Below the pieces are notes generated by a model. It did no database searches. It was not told the DNA's origin and saw nothing but the letters and a program-made list of their open reading frames with translations. From positions 1-64,000 of the forward strand of contig MU005985.1 in NCBI GenBank assembly GCA_010093745.1: a stretch of DNA of 64,000 nucleotides, given 5' to 3'. This stretch comes from Piedraia hortae CBS 480.64. Its lineage: Eukaryota. Shown in pieces: positions 1 to 12,400 of this stretch. Each line of letters opens with the position of its first letter. The first letter of the stretch is position 1. The position numbers and the translations under genes were made by a program.

Positions 1-305
1 TCTTGTCTGTTGCCAGGCTCAGAGCGCCCTGCAAGTCAGCGTTCCATGCCTCGAATGGCGTTCCAGCCTTGAGAATGACAGCTCTTTTTCTTTCGTAGCT
101 CATGGTCTCTGGAAGCTCCGCTTTCGCTTCGAGACTCAATTTGAATAGCGCTTGTTAGCGGTAGAGCCCGGGCTCATAACCTATTATAATTGTGAGCAGA
201 TGTGTACCTGCATACAAATCTCTACGGAAAACTAGTTGACGCGTGAAGTCGAGAGCCGAGCGACGGTTACTAATAATGCGCGTAATATACCGCATATTCA
301 CAACA
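1..305 (-). mobile_element. 5' end of a Ty1/copia LTR retrotransposon: short LTR (182-305), primer-binding site (170-181) and start of a gag-like ORF (ATG at 103, running off the window)
   Basis: Minus strand reads TGTTGTGAAT...AATTATAATA followed directly by GGTTATGAGCCC, the copia-type PBS. The LTR end TA is interpretable as a mutated CA. ORF MSYERKRAVILKAGTPFEAWNADLQGAL follows. Confidence 0.65.
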
Positions 306-852
306 AAGATGCGGTGCATGACGTAACGAGACGCTACACGCCTTGCAAAGTCACGCAGCAACACTTGGGACAAGATGCTGCATGACGTGCATAATCTCGC
401 AGCAAGATGTCAGGGACTTCTTGGCATCACGCAGCGACATGAAAGACAACATGCAGCATGGTGAATAAAAAGCACTAACAAATGATCAAATTTTACACAG
501 CTATTACTAAATGCCCGAGTATACTGAGTACCCCTGGGACTTAGTGGTCACCAGTGATGCTCGCACACTCGCCGCGACTTGTCCACGCTTATCTTTCTTT
601 TTCAGCCACCCAAACTCACTAAGGTCTTCGCTCAGTATCTTGTTCCTGCGAAATGAGTTGGCGACGATGCAGATGAGGCCAAGGATGTTTCACAACTTAC
701 CTTTGTGATGAGGTCAGCGCTTTGTACATCATGTCTGATGCTTGAAAGAAATCTCTGGAATCGAGGGAGACTTTCTTGGCTTTGTAACGCTGGGCTGGTT
801 AGCATTCTATATGATGGACATGATATTCGTCGCCACATAATGCTGGGCATAA

Positions 853-1912
853 TCAAACAGAAGCAGCCTCTCTCTGCTCAGCCATGCACTGCTCAGCGGT
901 AAGGTCGTTATCATCGGCGAGAGCCTTGACATCGTCCAGAAGTGGGTTTTCGAGCACCTTATCCAGGCGAGTCTTCATTTTGGGTAGGTAATCCGACCTG
1001 ACCCTTCCGATGACTTTCAACACTTCACGCCCCGGCCAGTTTGAAAGACTCCCCAACGAACAAGGGCCGCCTACAAAATGTCTATTAGTGTGGGGCTCCA
1101 ATATAACATGCTTTTGCATACCACAGTCCTTTGGCCTCTGCTCCATTCTTGATGGTCGTAGGACCAAAGCAGCTTTCCGAGCATAAGTTGCCGGCCAGTC
1201 TGTCTCATTGTCAGCCGGTACCAATGGCAGGCGTAAGATATTTACCCACCAAGTTGAAGGTGGAGAGGTAATCCGCCTGCAATACATTTGCGACCAAGCT
1301 CGTGACTTGGACTTTGACTTCGCGTAGCTCTTGGCGCAGCTCTGCGTTGTCGCGGAGGACTAGTTGCAGCCCTCGCGGTATGACTGAATTCGTGATCACG
1401 GGGGAATTTATCCCCAGGAATGTCCTCATGAAGCCTGGCTCCATCGGATTTGTGCCTTGCGCGAATGCAAGGACTTCCTCGGCAGAGGCACCCTTGTTTG
1501 AGGCCGCTGTTGGCACTTGAACATTGGGATCATTCACCAGTGTGTCGAGTCACATTTCACGACCCTGAATCGGCCGAACACCTGCAACTTCCGACTGCTG
1601 ATCAATCTCAACCTCGGCGTCGTAGTCTCCGAAATCTATCTGGTCATCTTCTGGCATGCAATCTGTGGTGATGCGGCGCCGAGAGTCGTTCTCAAGAGCG
1701 TTAACGTGCCTGGGCAGAACGAGAGAATCTTCCAACTCGGGTGTCCCGCGAGTTTTGCCTCCAGTCCTTCGACTTTTCTGCGTGTACTCAGGTGCAGTAG
1801 CTGCTCCCGAAGTTCTCTGTCGGGTGTTTCGCTGGGGAGGTGCACTTTCTGGCTGGATTTTTGCGACGCACTTGCCATTCCCTTTGCTCTTGACGCCTGT
1901 CTTTTTTGGCAT
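853..1912 (-). pseudogene. Broken low-complexity/coiled-coil ORF, probably an accessory gene of the neighbouring DNA transposon
   Basis: ORFs 1550-1912 and 1211-1537 are in the same frame and separated by a stop; ORF 853-1287 continues in another frame. Divergent from the transposase remnant. No recognisable domain. Confidence 0.35.
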
Positions 1913-2489
1913 AGTGTGTGATTTGGAGGTAATGTAAACGAGTTGGAAGACAGTGAGAGAGCTGGCACCGAGGGTATTGTTTTCTGCAAGACTGCTGAGG
2001 TCACTTTGTTCCCCTAAACTGCCGCTTAACTAGGAGTGACGGCGGACCACCGCTACTTGGTAGGTCTTTGGGCGGTTTTGGCTGCTCAACGATTTCATCT
2101 TCACCCGGATGGGTGGCATCGTCCTTCATCCATCAGTCTTATGTTGGAACAGTTCAAACTCTCAACGTCCGTGCAAAAGCATTTCTTCTCTGCCTTTCAC
2201 CACCGGAATGTAGCTTCTCAGGAGGTAGCGTCACAAAAACAGATTCACGTAGTCAAAACTCAAGTTGTTTCAAAAATACCACTTGTCGTTGATTGATCGA
2301 CATTCCCCCTATCACGGGTCCTGTCGATCAACCTTCTGACGTGTTGACGGGAAGCTTTGGGAAAACACCTTAATGATACAATCCATAGATTAGAAATATG
2401 AGAGGTTTTAACTCAAGCTGCTGCATTCCATGCGAACTATCAATAACTTCAGGCAACTCAATTAGAACATCTGATTCCTTCACCATGCA

Positions 2490-4440
2490 GAATGCTTGCC
2501 AAGCGTCATAAACACAAACTTCCGCCAAGCAACTGCCCACTGTCATGAAAAGGGCACTCATCCCACGCTGACTACTCGGGACAAAGTTTTCGGGAACATC
2601 TAGAAAGAAGCACTTGGAAAATGAACATGACAAGCAGACGACAGGTCCGGAGCTTTACCGGGAGTACTTGGATTTTGCTGAAACATATAATGCCGAAGGT
2701 GTTCGAAGAGTGATTAGAGACAAAAGAGCGGTGGAAGCTGCGGGTACTGCCGCAAGAATTGCGGAGCAAGCAGCGTCAGCCGCGGCAGAGGGTCCTTCTG
2801 GGGTAATAACCCATGCGGATACAGCGAACGACCTTGAAGAACTTGGTGCTGCGTACGCAGTAGACCAGCATTTTGAAGATGAATGTGGTGCCAGTGCGCA
2901 TCAGGTGAATCCAGAGCATAGCGACGAAGTTCGCACTTCCTTCAACGGCGAGTGTACCAACGATCAAGGGATATGATGATGAATGCGAAGTTTTCATGTC
3001 ATCCAACGCTTCTGATGATGTAATAACACTTGAGGAAGATATTGAATCTGAAGCGGAACCTATTCTTGAAGAATTGCGTAAGTCAATGGATACATTCCCT
3101 CGGTATTAGCCCGGCTGACCTTAATTCAAAGCGATTATGGAGACGGAAGGTCCGAATCCTTCAATTTTCGTGGCCCCTGAGCCTGTGAGGATTTCTCAGC
3201 CGAGTAATCCCTGGTTTCCTTTCCCCTCGAAGGAGTTCCCGCAGATATTTGTGTTCCAACATAACCATAGTCATTTGGTACGTGACAGCATAATGTCCAC
3301 CGTCCTAAACCTCATTTGTGACATCCTGGCGATGGACCACCCCGTTGAGATCCCCTCGCTGAAGGCTCTGAAGGAATATCAGGACAATATGCTCCGGCCG
3401 AAGGTGGATAAGAGAAAAAACGCAGAAAACAAACCTTTTTATCAAATCAGCATACCTGAAGTCGTCAGGGTGCAGGCAGCGAGTGACTCTTGCAAGTTAC
3501 TTGCTCAGCTTCTACAGGTGGTAGACTCTCGAAGCAGCCCGGCCACGACTGATCTTATTTAGAGCAATCATTGCTCTGAAGTGTGGTATGCAAATGAGTG
3601 CAGGTGGGAGCCTCGCTTGCTCCGCCCGATGGAAACTCAAGCCTTCCAGGGTCATGAAGTTTGGCTCGGCGATATTCTGCAGAGTTACCATGGCTCTCGC
3701 AGATATTCCTGCAGCTTCTGGTGTGATTTTCCATCAGCACACGAGTAACTGCTTTTGTCGCCATTGCTTGTTCAACAAAGCAAGTGTTACGTCGTGGCAA
3801 GATGTGGCTTCGGCGGCAGCACCCAGATCCGAATAGTACTCTCGGGCACTTGAGAGAACCGAGAATGGCATCAAGCCGCCAATCTCCTCACTACACCACT
3901 TGGAGGGATTTGATCCATACCAGGATATCCCATTTGGAATATTGCATGGTGTGCCACTGGGGTTTGTCAGAAGCCTCTGGCACCAGTCGTTGCATTCACC
4001 CGCTTGCATTTGCCTGTCAAATGCAGTGTTGGATCGTTTATGAAATGTGGTGGCCAGACTGTTTTTCCGGCCCAGATTTCTCTTGAAGTAGCTGGGTATA
4101 ACCATTCATGTCGCCATTCTTGAGGAATTTTATACAACCATACTGGAAGAAGAGCATGGCACCTTTGGGTTTCCTTTGTTGGCCTCCCATGAGCGATTCA
4201 CAACAGTGCCCATGGGCTCGATCTCCAGTGTCCTAAACGTGCAACACTTCTGCACTGTGAAATGCCGAAAAGTTTGGGTGCCTAACGCAACCAGAAGAGA
4301 ACGGGAAAGCGTTGGTTTGCTTAGAGACACCCCACAAACGGCGTATATGGCAATCGCTGGATTGACAACATCCACATGCTAACGCATGATAATTATTCCT
4401 GCTGGGCTTTTTGAGATTGAAACATGCCAGAGATTTGTAA
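2490..4440 (+). mobile_element. Decayed, internally deleted DNA transposase of a fungal CMC/EnSpm- or Plavaka-like type
   Basis: Motifs in order across stops: PWFPFPSKE, IPSLKALKEYQ, KPFYQISI, LADIPAAS..HQHTSNCFCRHC, GFDPYQDIPFGILHGVPLGFVRSLW, ISSVLNVQHFC. These match my recollection of the family pattern GDNP..H..FCR.C / DPH.DTPVEILH..LLG.VK..W / NVQH.C. Confidence 0.65.
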
Positions 4441-4476
4441 GGGGGTTTGGTATTATCTGATTTTTCTGGTGGAGAA

Positions 4477-4836
4477 AATGTTGGATTCAAGCATCGCTGC
4501 TAGCGCGTATGCGGGGCACTTGCATATCAAGTCAGCGATACCTCCTACACTACCAGCTGCACCCTAGATTTTTCCCTCACAGGTTTTCCCTCAGGTCATG
4601 TCATATGTGACATGGTGAATGCGCCCTGCTAGTGTACGAGGTGACGTCACCGGCCCACCGGCACAGAATTTTCATTCTGACGTCCCCTGATAGTGATAGA
4701 TAGTCATTTCACACTGTCATATCGACACTGGTATTAACGCATATACATCTACATCTGTCCTGTCCTTGATTCCGTCTATCGCTCCTTCCTCTTCGAGTCG
4801 CTGCGCCATCTCACCCACAGGAGCTAAATCTACAGA
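4477..4836 (-). repeat. Copy A of a ~360-bp repeat; inverted copy at 33596-33968; structured 91-nt core at 4477-4567
   Basis: Manual alignment to the reverse complement of 33878-33968 gives 88/91 identity with no gaps. Similarity with indels continues to about 4836. Confidence 0.95.
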
Positions 4837-5172
4837 ATCCACTTTGGCAAAACGGCCGTGTTCTCTTTAGACCCTTATCTGTATGTGCTTGACTTGCCAA
4901 TAGCCTTGACATGTTCGCAAAATGTCGAGATTGGTTGCCCAATCGCCGCACGACGCTGCGTCACGCAACCTACCCCGCGTGACGCAGAATCATGCCGGAG
5001 GGATGGCTGTGTATGCAGCTCTGCTGTTGCCCGCTCGTCTATCTGCTGCCTGTTTAACCTTTATCTTCCCACGCATGATTATCGTGGCCCATAATGGCTA
5101 CCTCGCCTGCGTCTTCTGCTCTTATTGCTCACATCTTTCCTCCACAACTCTTCGTCACACTCCACTTTTATC

Positions 5173-6917
5173 ATGACCAAAAATTTTTCGCCCGAACAAC
5201 GCCACTCCGTCGAGGAGCCCTCCTCCGAGAGCGGAAAGCCCTTTGGCACCGTCAAGGGATGCTCCTCCCAAGACGAGCGTGACATGGACCGCATGAGCAA
5301 AGTGCAAGAACTGCGCCGGAACTTTAGTTTTCTGCCCATCCTCGGCTTCATCTCACTGATGCAAGGCGCCTGGGAGGGCCTATTGGTGTCCAACTACCCT
5401 GGCTTGCTGAACGGCGGTAGAGCCGGTCTCTTCTGGTGCACCATTGCCGTGTGGATCTTGACCATTGGCGTCAGTGCCTCCATGGCCGAGATGGCCAGCA
5501 TGGCCCCGACTGCTGGAGGCCAGTATCATTGGGTACGTTCTCCATGCACCTCCCCACCCCGAGCTGAACTCCCGCCGCCGTCAGGTCAGTGAGTTTTCTC
5601 CGACGTCGTTGCAGCAACCTATCTCGTACCTCGTCGGCAGTTTTGGTGTTCTAAGTTGGATTGCCAGCATTCCGGCCATCTGTATCCAAACAGCCACCCT
5701 CGTACAAGGGATGGTTCTCATCACCTACCCGGACACCAACATTCAACAAAACTGGCAAGTCAGCCTCATGTCCTTTGCGGTCATTATCCTTACCGTTTGC
5801 TTCAACGTCTTCTTCGCACAACACTTGCCGCATGTGGAGGGCGTGGTCCTTTTCCTACACGTCTTTGGCTTCCTTGCGTTTATGCTTGTTTTGTGGATCA
5901 CGCCAGCAAGCCACGCATCTGCTTCTGAAGTCTTTGGAAGCTTTTAGTGAGTCCAACTTTATGGCGCCCGGTTCATGTCGCTGACTAAAACAGCAATGGT
6001 GGTGACTGGCCCAGCACTGGTCTCTCCTGTATGGTTGGCTTATTGACGCCTATCTGGTGCCTTGTCAGCACCGATGCCGGCGTCCACATGGCCGAGGAAA
6101 TGAAAGATGCGTCGGTCGAGCTGCCCCGAGCCATGATGTTCTCCATCATTGGAAACGGAATCTTAGGGTGCGCAATGCTCGTGACCTTTCTGTGCGTCCC
6201 TGCTTCGGTTTTCTCCATCCGACGGCTAACAGTTTGCTCAGATTTGCCATTACCGATGTCGAGAAGCAAATTATCAATGCCGAAAACAACGTTCCCGTTC
6301 TTTTCATCATTTACAGTGCTACGAATTCCAAAGCCGGAACCTGCATTTTGGGTACCGTCTTGCTCATCCTCGGCTTCTTCTGTGCCGTTACAACTGTTGC
6401 AAGCTCTTCGCGCCAGATTTGGGCCTTCAGCCGTGACCACGGCCTTCCCTTCGCCTCCGTCATCCGTCAGGTGCACCCCAAATGGGAAATCCCCCTCAAC
6501 GCACTCCTCATTTGCCTCGCCATTTCGCTGCTCCTTGGCGCGATCCGTTTCGGCTCAAACGTCGCCTTCAACGCCATCACCAGCGTCTGCACCTGCGCAT
6601 CCTTCTTCTCCTACATCATCTCCATTGGCTGTGTCCGCCTCAAGCGTCTGCGTGGCGAGCCGCTGCTGCCTTGCCGCTGGTCGCTCGGCCGCTGGGGTGG
6701 GGTCATCAATGACATCTCCCTCGCGTGGCTGCTCATTGGCTTCGTCTTTGCCTTCTTCCCCACCTCCGTCTACACCGGTGATGAAAACTGGTGGAGCACT
6801 TCTTGCAACTTCGCCTCCTTCATCTTCATCGCCTACTTCATCCTCACCATCACCTACTACTTCATCGGCGGCCGCGATCACTACGTCCCGCCAGTCCGGC
6901 TGGTCAAGACCGAGTGA
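5173..6917 (+). CDS. APC-superfamily amino-acid permease (GABA/choline transporter-like), multi-exon
   Basis: QELRRNFSFLPILGF, SMAEMASMAPTAGGQYHWVSEF, HMAEEMKDAS, SSSRQIWAFSRDHGLPF and many TM segments. Intron 5533-5584, further introns near 5947-5994 and 6193-6242. Confidence 0.93.
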
Positions 6918-7475
6918 CCGGCTTGCGCGCGCAACACATATCGAGACGAATGTGCACGCAACTGTTACGGTGTTAAGAGGAAAAGGTTCAATAAGTCCCA
7001 ACGAGGACAATCTGAACTGCTCTCTACTGGGAAGCTAGGATACTATAAACCAATCCAGAAGCGCCGTCCATACGCGCGTGCTAGCGAGCGTAGCTAAGAA
7101 CAAGTGGCAGGGCGCGTCGGTGTATCAAATTCCCTGTGCGCTTAGGCGGCGCGGGTCGTCCCGCACACACTCACAGCCTCGCCGTAACAGCAACTGGCGG
7201 GCGGATTGTGTGGAGGGTATGCAAGGGCTTTATGTCGTGTGGGGCTTTCTAAAGGCTTCGGCACGAGCCCACAGAAGGCGAAAAGGCATTGATTCAACAG
7301 GCGATACCGGACTAGCATTTGTTGTCCATATCCACAAGTCGGATTAGCGTATTTGTATAGAAATGTTTACTGCTGCGTCTGCCCACTCTGGCAGAGAAGA
7401 GATTCGGAGCTTAAGAGGCGCTTTGTCGTTTGGGTACTCGAGGTGATGGCGGCAGAGGACGATGCGTGCGTGTAA

Positions 7476-9035
7476 CAGTGCCCCCAAAACTGCTCATAAT
7501 CGGCATCTCACTTGGTGCAGTAGACTAGAAAATGGTACCGCCCAATAGCTCTTCCAATACGCCATCTAACGAACCTAATTTGATGTTTGTACAATACGTG
7601 TTGCATGAGATAATGTGAGTTGACTCGTAGACGACGATTTTGACACTTTTATCGGGCCAACGCGAACAACAAACATCATCACGCAAGTGAAAGCTGTCCA
7701 AAACGCGCCAAACTCCCGCAGCACGCGTCATACGTAAGGACAAAGCCAATGGCATATGTTTGGCTTGTAGTGCGCCAGTGTCGTACAATGCGGCCGCTCG
7801 AAAGGTCCAAACGCGAGAATGTCCTTTCTGGCCTTCAGCAAAGTAAATCAGAGCGCAGGATAGCCGAACAAGCAGGTTGCTCGAAAGGGTACGTTCAGAA
7901 ACAAAAGAAAAAAAAAACACCCGAAGACGTTCTCAGACGTCGAGAAAATGGTAAGAGGGCGTCCCAAAAAACTGTCAGATGTCGAAGAACGACGCACAAC
8001 GCGTCTGTTGAGAACAAGAGAGTGCAAGTCGGCAGCGGAAGTTGGTCGCCAGGTTCGTGCGAGTATTAGCACCAACATCAGCAATGAAACATTGCACCGC
8101 GTGTTCAAAGAGCATAAAATAAAGGCCATCATTCGTAAGAAGAAACCAGCCCTTACCGCCAAGCAGAGGAAAGCTCGCCTCCAGTTCGCCAACAAGTACA
8201 AGGAATGGCCCTTTGCGGACTGGTGCAAGATCCTGTTCTTGGACGAGGTGATATTTAACCGCATTGGCTCTGATGGACTTTACCGGGAATGGATCCCGCG
8301 CCATCAGGCCGGACTCGAACCACAGAATGTGGTGAAGTTCGAGGTGGGGGGAGGGGGGGCAATGTAATGCTCCTGGGCCTGATGTCCGCCGCCGGTGTCT
8401 GGCGTTTCCAATTCGCTGTTGATCGCATGAATTCTGAGCATTATGTCGAGATATTGGCTAAGAACTTGGATGACAGTCTCGAGGTTCTTGGCTACAACAT
8501 CTTCCAGCAAGACAACGACAGCAAGCACACGTCCAAGAAAACCAAAAAGCGGCTTACAGGGCACGGCTATGTCCTCTTGGACTGGCCGCCAGACTCGCCG
8601 GACTTTAATCTGATCGAGCACTTCTGAGAGGTCATCAAAAGGAAGTTGGCAAGACACGACAAGCAAGACGCAGGTGAACGCGAGCTGATGGAAAGAATCA
8701 TGGACTGTTGGGATTCAGTGACCTCGAAAAAATGTATGAACCTCATTAGGAGCATGCCGGACAGGTTGGTGGCGGTGAAGAAGGCGAAAGGGGGCGCCAC
8801 CAAGTGTTAAAGCTACCCGCCACAAAAGTGCTCACATACTTAGACAGCACAGATAGCCTCATGTCTCTTGCTATACCCATTATAAAAACATCACACTAGA
8901 TTCGTTCGTTGGATAGCGCATTGGAAGGGCTATCGAACGGCACTACTTTCTAATCTATTGCACCAAGTGAGATGTCGATTATGGACAGATTCCGTACAAG
9001 ACGCTTAATCTGTGGGGCAGTTTTGTGGGGCACTC
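7476..9035 (+). mobile_element. Tc1-type (DD34E) DNA transposon, full length but inactivated, with long imperfect TIRs
   Basis: Left end CAGTGCCCCCAAAACTGC; right end GCAGTTTTGTGGGGCACTC followed by TA. About 7495-7595 matches the reverse complement of about 8880-8983. Transposase motifs GRPKKLS, RKKKPALT, FLDE, FQQDND and WPPDSPDFNLIE, with 34 residues between the second D and E. Frameshifts at the A-run near 7905-7918 and the G-run near 8346-8359; stop at 8625-8627. Confidence 0.93.
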
Positions 9036-9216
9036 TATGCCCCATTACTTGTGCAGCCGGCCCGGCGGCGTTGCTTTTGCAGGATGAGACGGGATTGTCC
9101 CGTGGCAAAGAAGATACTTCATTGGCGCCACTGAGCTGGGGCAGTTGTCCGGTGGAATGGGAGGAAGAAAGACGTAATCTGGAGCCAATAGTCCTGCTAC
9201 ACCTGGCTTGTGCTCC

Positions 9217-9398
9217 TGGAAGAGATGCGGTCGGAGGGGACCGAAGGAGTGGACGGAGAGTGAAGGAGTGGGCCTGCGTGGGGGTATCGGCTTGCGCGGG
9301 GTGCAACCCTGCACCGTTTAACGCACATTAGGGTCTGGGCATAAGCTCATTAGGAGCTATGATCCATCCAGACGTAAAACGAAAAACAAACAAACGAA
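9217..9398 (+). mobile_element. 182-bp non-LTR retro-insert (5'-truncated LINE end or SINE) with (AAAC)n-like tail and 14-bp TSD
   Basis: CTGGCTTGTGCTCC at 9203-9216 and 9399-9412; tail AAAACGAAAAACAAACAAACGAA; stem-loop at 9333-9373. Confidence 0.8.
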
Positions 9399-9469
9399 CT
9401 GGCTTGTGCTCCAGTGGTTCACAGAGCACTAGCCAGATGTAGTATGAGTCCGTGCTCTGGAGTTATCCG

Positions 9470-12400
9470 TGCTATAGCTGGGCCGTCCGGCCATGCAGAT
9501 AGCTCTTTAACCACCGCACGAACCAGTACGGGAGGTCCTTAGCGCCCAACGTGTGCAACAGCCATAGATGGTTGACGTTGTCGAAAGCCCCCTTCAAATC
9601 TAACATCGTTAGGGACGCGCAGGCCCTGTTCTGCCAGCACGTGTAGACGCTCTCCGTGACCATTCTTATGGCGAGTTCGGTATTGCGTTTTTTTGCGGTT
9701 CCCCATTTGCATTGGGGAGAGTAGGTCCTGCTGCGCAAGACAATCGCTCGGTGATGATGGCCTCCATAATTTTTCCAACGGCAGAGGGGAGAGCTATGGG
9801 ACGGTAGGCGCCCGCCATGAGCTGCTCTTCGGACGTCTTTCCAGGCTTCTTCAGGACCACCACCTTTGCCTTCTGGAATCGGGTCGGAAAATATCCGAGG
9901 CGGAAGCTCGCTGTAGCCAAAACAGCCACCGTCTCTGCCAATGGATCGTGGCAGGCCTTGAGGAAGCCATTTGTGAGATAGTCGAGGCCTGGAGCCTTAT
10001 TGCTTTCCGTCCTGCGCATAGCTCTGTGTACGTCTGGCTGGGTCACTACGTCGGCTAACGGCACTGTCCCGCAAAAGGACTCTGGTGGAAATTCTGTTTG
10101 GGGTATAACGCTGGTGTCGACTGTGGGCTGTGGAAAGAACCGCTCTGCCAGTAGCGTCGCCTTTTCGTCGTGGGAAAATGCGGTCGGTGGATCGGTGGCT
10201 TTTCTCTTCAGGGCTGGCAAAGTTGGAGGCTCCGGCTTAGTGAAGCTCCGTAATCGTGTCCACCTCTCAAAGTTCCAAAGTTTTCTCTCGTCCTGTGCTG
10301 CCTCAGCCACTGTCTGGCGCCATGCCTTTGTCTTTTCTCGATTGATTGCCAGATTCATGTCTTTGACTGCATTTTGTAGCTCCTCCTCGCTACTCGGAGT
10401 GCGTAGGCGTCTCCAACATCTTTCACAAGCTCGAGCTTTCTTTACCTTTTGGTCGACTGCAAGAGTCCACCATAGCTGTGCCTGGCCTCTGTGGCCTTTT
10501 GTAGTGGTTTGGTTTCTTCTGGTATCATGCTAAGTGAGCGCAGCAATCGTTCTGTTTCTTCCTCGAGGGCACCTACCGTGGGGACGACTCTCGGTACCTG
10601 AATATAGTCTTTTGCAAGCGCTTTCACCCGTGTTCGGTCCATAAGGACCCAGCTATACCCAGGGAATGAAGACATTAGTGTTCATAGGTCTCCCCTACCT
10701 CTAGAAGTTGTGCTGCGTGGTCAGATCCCGCGTAATCTCTCGATCCTACATATTTAGCTCGTATGCCATCTGATACCCAGCCCAGGTCTAGGGTTGACTT
10801 GCGGTTGCCCGTCCGACGTCGTGTTGGCTCACCCCATAGGGTCAGGAGCTGCAGCTCCCAGTGCACAGCGAGTTGAAGGAGCATTTCTGCGCCGGGGCTG
10901 GTCCGTCCATGCCGATCCCACGAAGGGAGATGTGTGTTAAAGTCTCCGACTAATACTGTTCTGTGCGGTTTGCCTCGTGCTATCAGTTCCGGTAGAGGAT
11001 TGTGCCCCAGGGGAGGCACGTATACCGAAAAGACTGTGATGGCTTCTTCCCCTTCCCCAGGGTAATCGACGTCCAATTATTCCCCCCCGTCGTACGACCA
11101 GCCGGCTTGCTTTTGTTTCTTATTGATTAAGACAATCGCAGCTCCCTGTTTCAACAGTAGTTTATACTTGCCTAGTCCTGAGTGAGTCGGGGCGTCGGTT
11201 GCGCGGTTCCAGACCGGCTCCTGGATAGCGATGATATCGTAATCGTCTTTCAGTGCCTGCTGTTGCACTCGTCGGTTTTTTTGCCGGGTTCCAGTAAAGT
11301 ACTCTCAAATTCATGAGGTGCTCTCTTGGGTCGCAACTGGATTTGTCTCGATGGCCATGTCTATGTCTCCTTGCCCATCCGCAACCTCTGTTGCCCTGTA
11401 ACCTCCCTCACTACGTGGTCCGCATGTAAACCTGGTGATAGGGTGGTTTCCCTGTGCGGCTCGTTCGAAATTTGTCCGCGGTCCCTGTCGTCCGTTTCGG
11501 GTGCCTATCAATGGGCATAACTGACCCACCTTCACGCCATCGATCATAGCCATTGTTTGTAATGTATCTGGAGCCATCACCTCTTCCCGAGCTCTCTTTC
11601 TTCCGCCAGAAATGTGCGGGAAGGCGTTGACGTCCTCTCGTGCGGGGCGCTCGACGGCGTAGGCCCACTGCCCGTCTTCATATCGCCTTTGGGCGGGCTC
11701 TCGTTCCTTTGCACCTAGTTCGCAATTCCCAGAGAATGCCGGGTGCTCTCCTTCGCAGTTTGCACAGAATGGTTTATTGTTCAATGGATCCTTTTTGGTG
11801 AAGCAGTCCGACTATGGGCGCCGCTGCCGCAGTGCGGACAGGTCTGTCTATGGGAGCAGAACTTCGCTTTGTGTTCCCAACGATAACATTTATAACACTG
11901 AATTGCGTGGACTCCGGGTGCATATCGTTTGCAGCGGTACAAGCGGGCCCTGTAAACGAGACCGCGGTCGATCAGGTCCTGTGCCTCTCGTGGCGTTGGA
12001 AGCTCGACAATGACACAGATGGATGGTCTTTCCTCTGCCCGGAATCGCTTTTCGTCAAGCATGGTGGCCTTCAAAATTTTTGTTCCTGACTCGCGTCCCA
12101 TTGCCTCAATGGGGAAGGTACCATCAGAATTTCGGACCCTGGATCCACTCCCTTGACGAGGACAGCGAATGAGCGCTTTTTAAGGGATTTCCCCGCGCCA
12201 AAAGCTTTCGTCACCCAGGATTTATCGCTATTATATGTTTCCCATTTGATCTCTTCGAAAACTACATTTACATCCCCACTTGGTAGCTTGCGGACTGCAC
12301 GGACGCCGCGAATCGCCTTCCAAGAATTCACAGCCGCAAGAATGTCGACTTCGGAGCGGTTCTTCATGTCATCTGCTGTATCCGTGCAGTTTACCGTGAG

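Noticed and set aside
299..312. CACAAC as a CACTA-type terminus
   Set aside because: Better explained as the TGTTGTG start of the copia LTR on the minus strand, which has a PBS at its other end.
6031..7038. 335-aa Ser/Pro-rich ORF and other long overlapping or antisense ORFs (e.g. 61414-62511, 60562-61392, 17447-18085)
   Set aside because: Shadow frames of GC-rich real genes, with no independent motifs.
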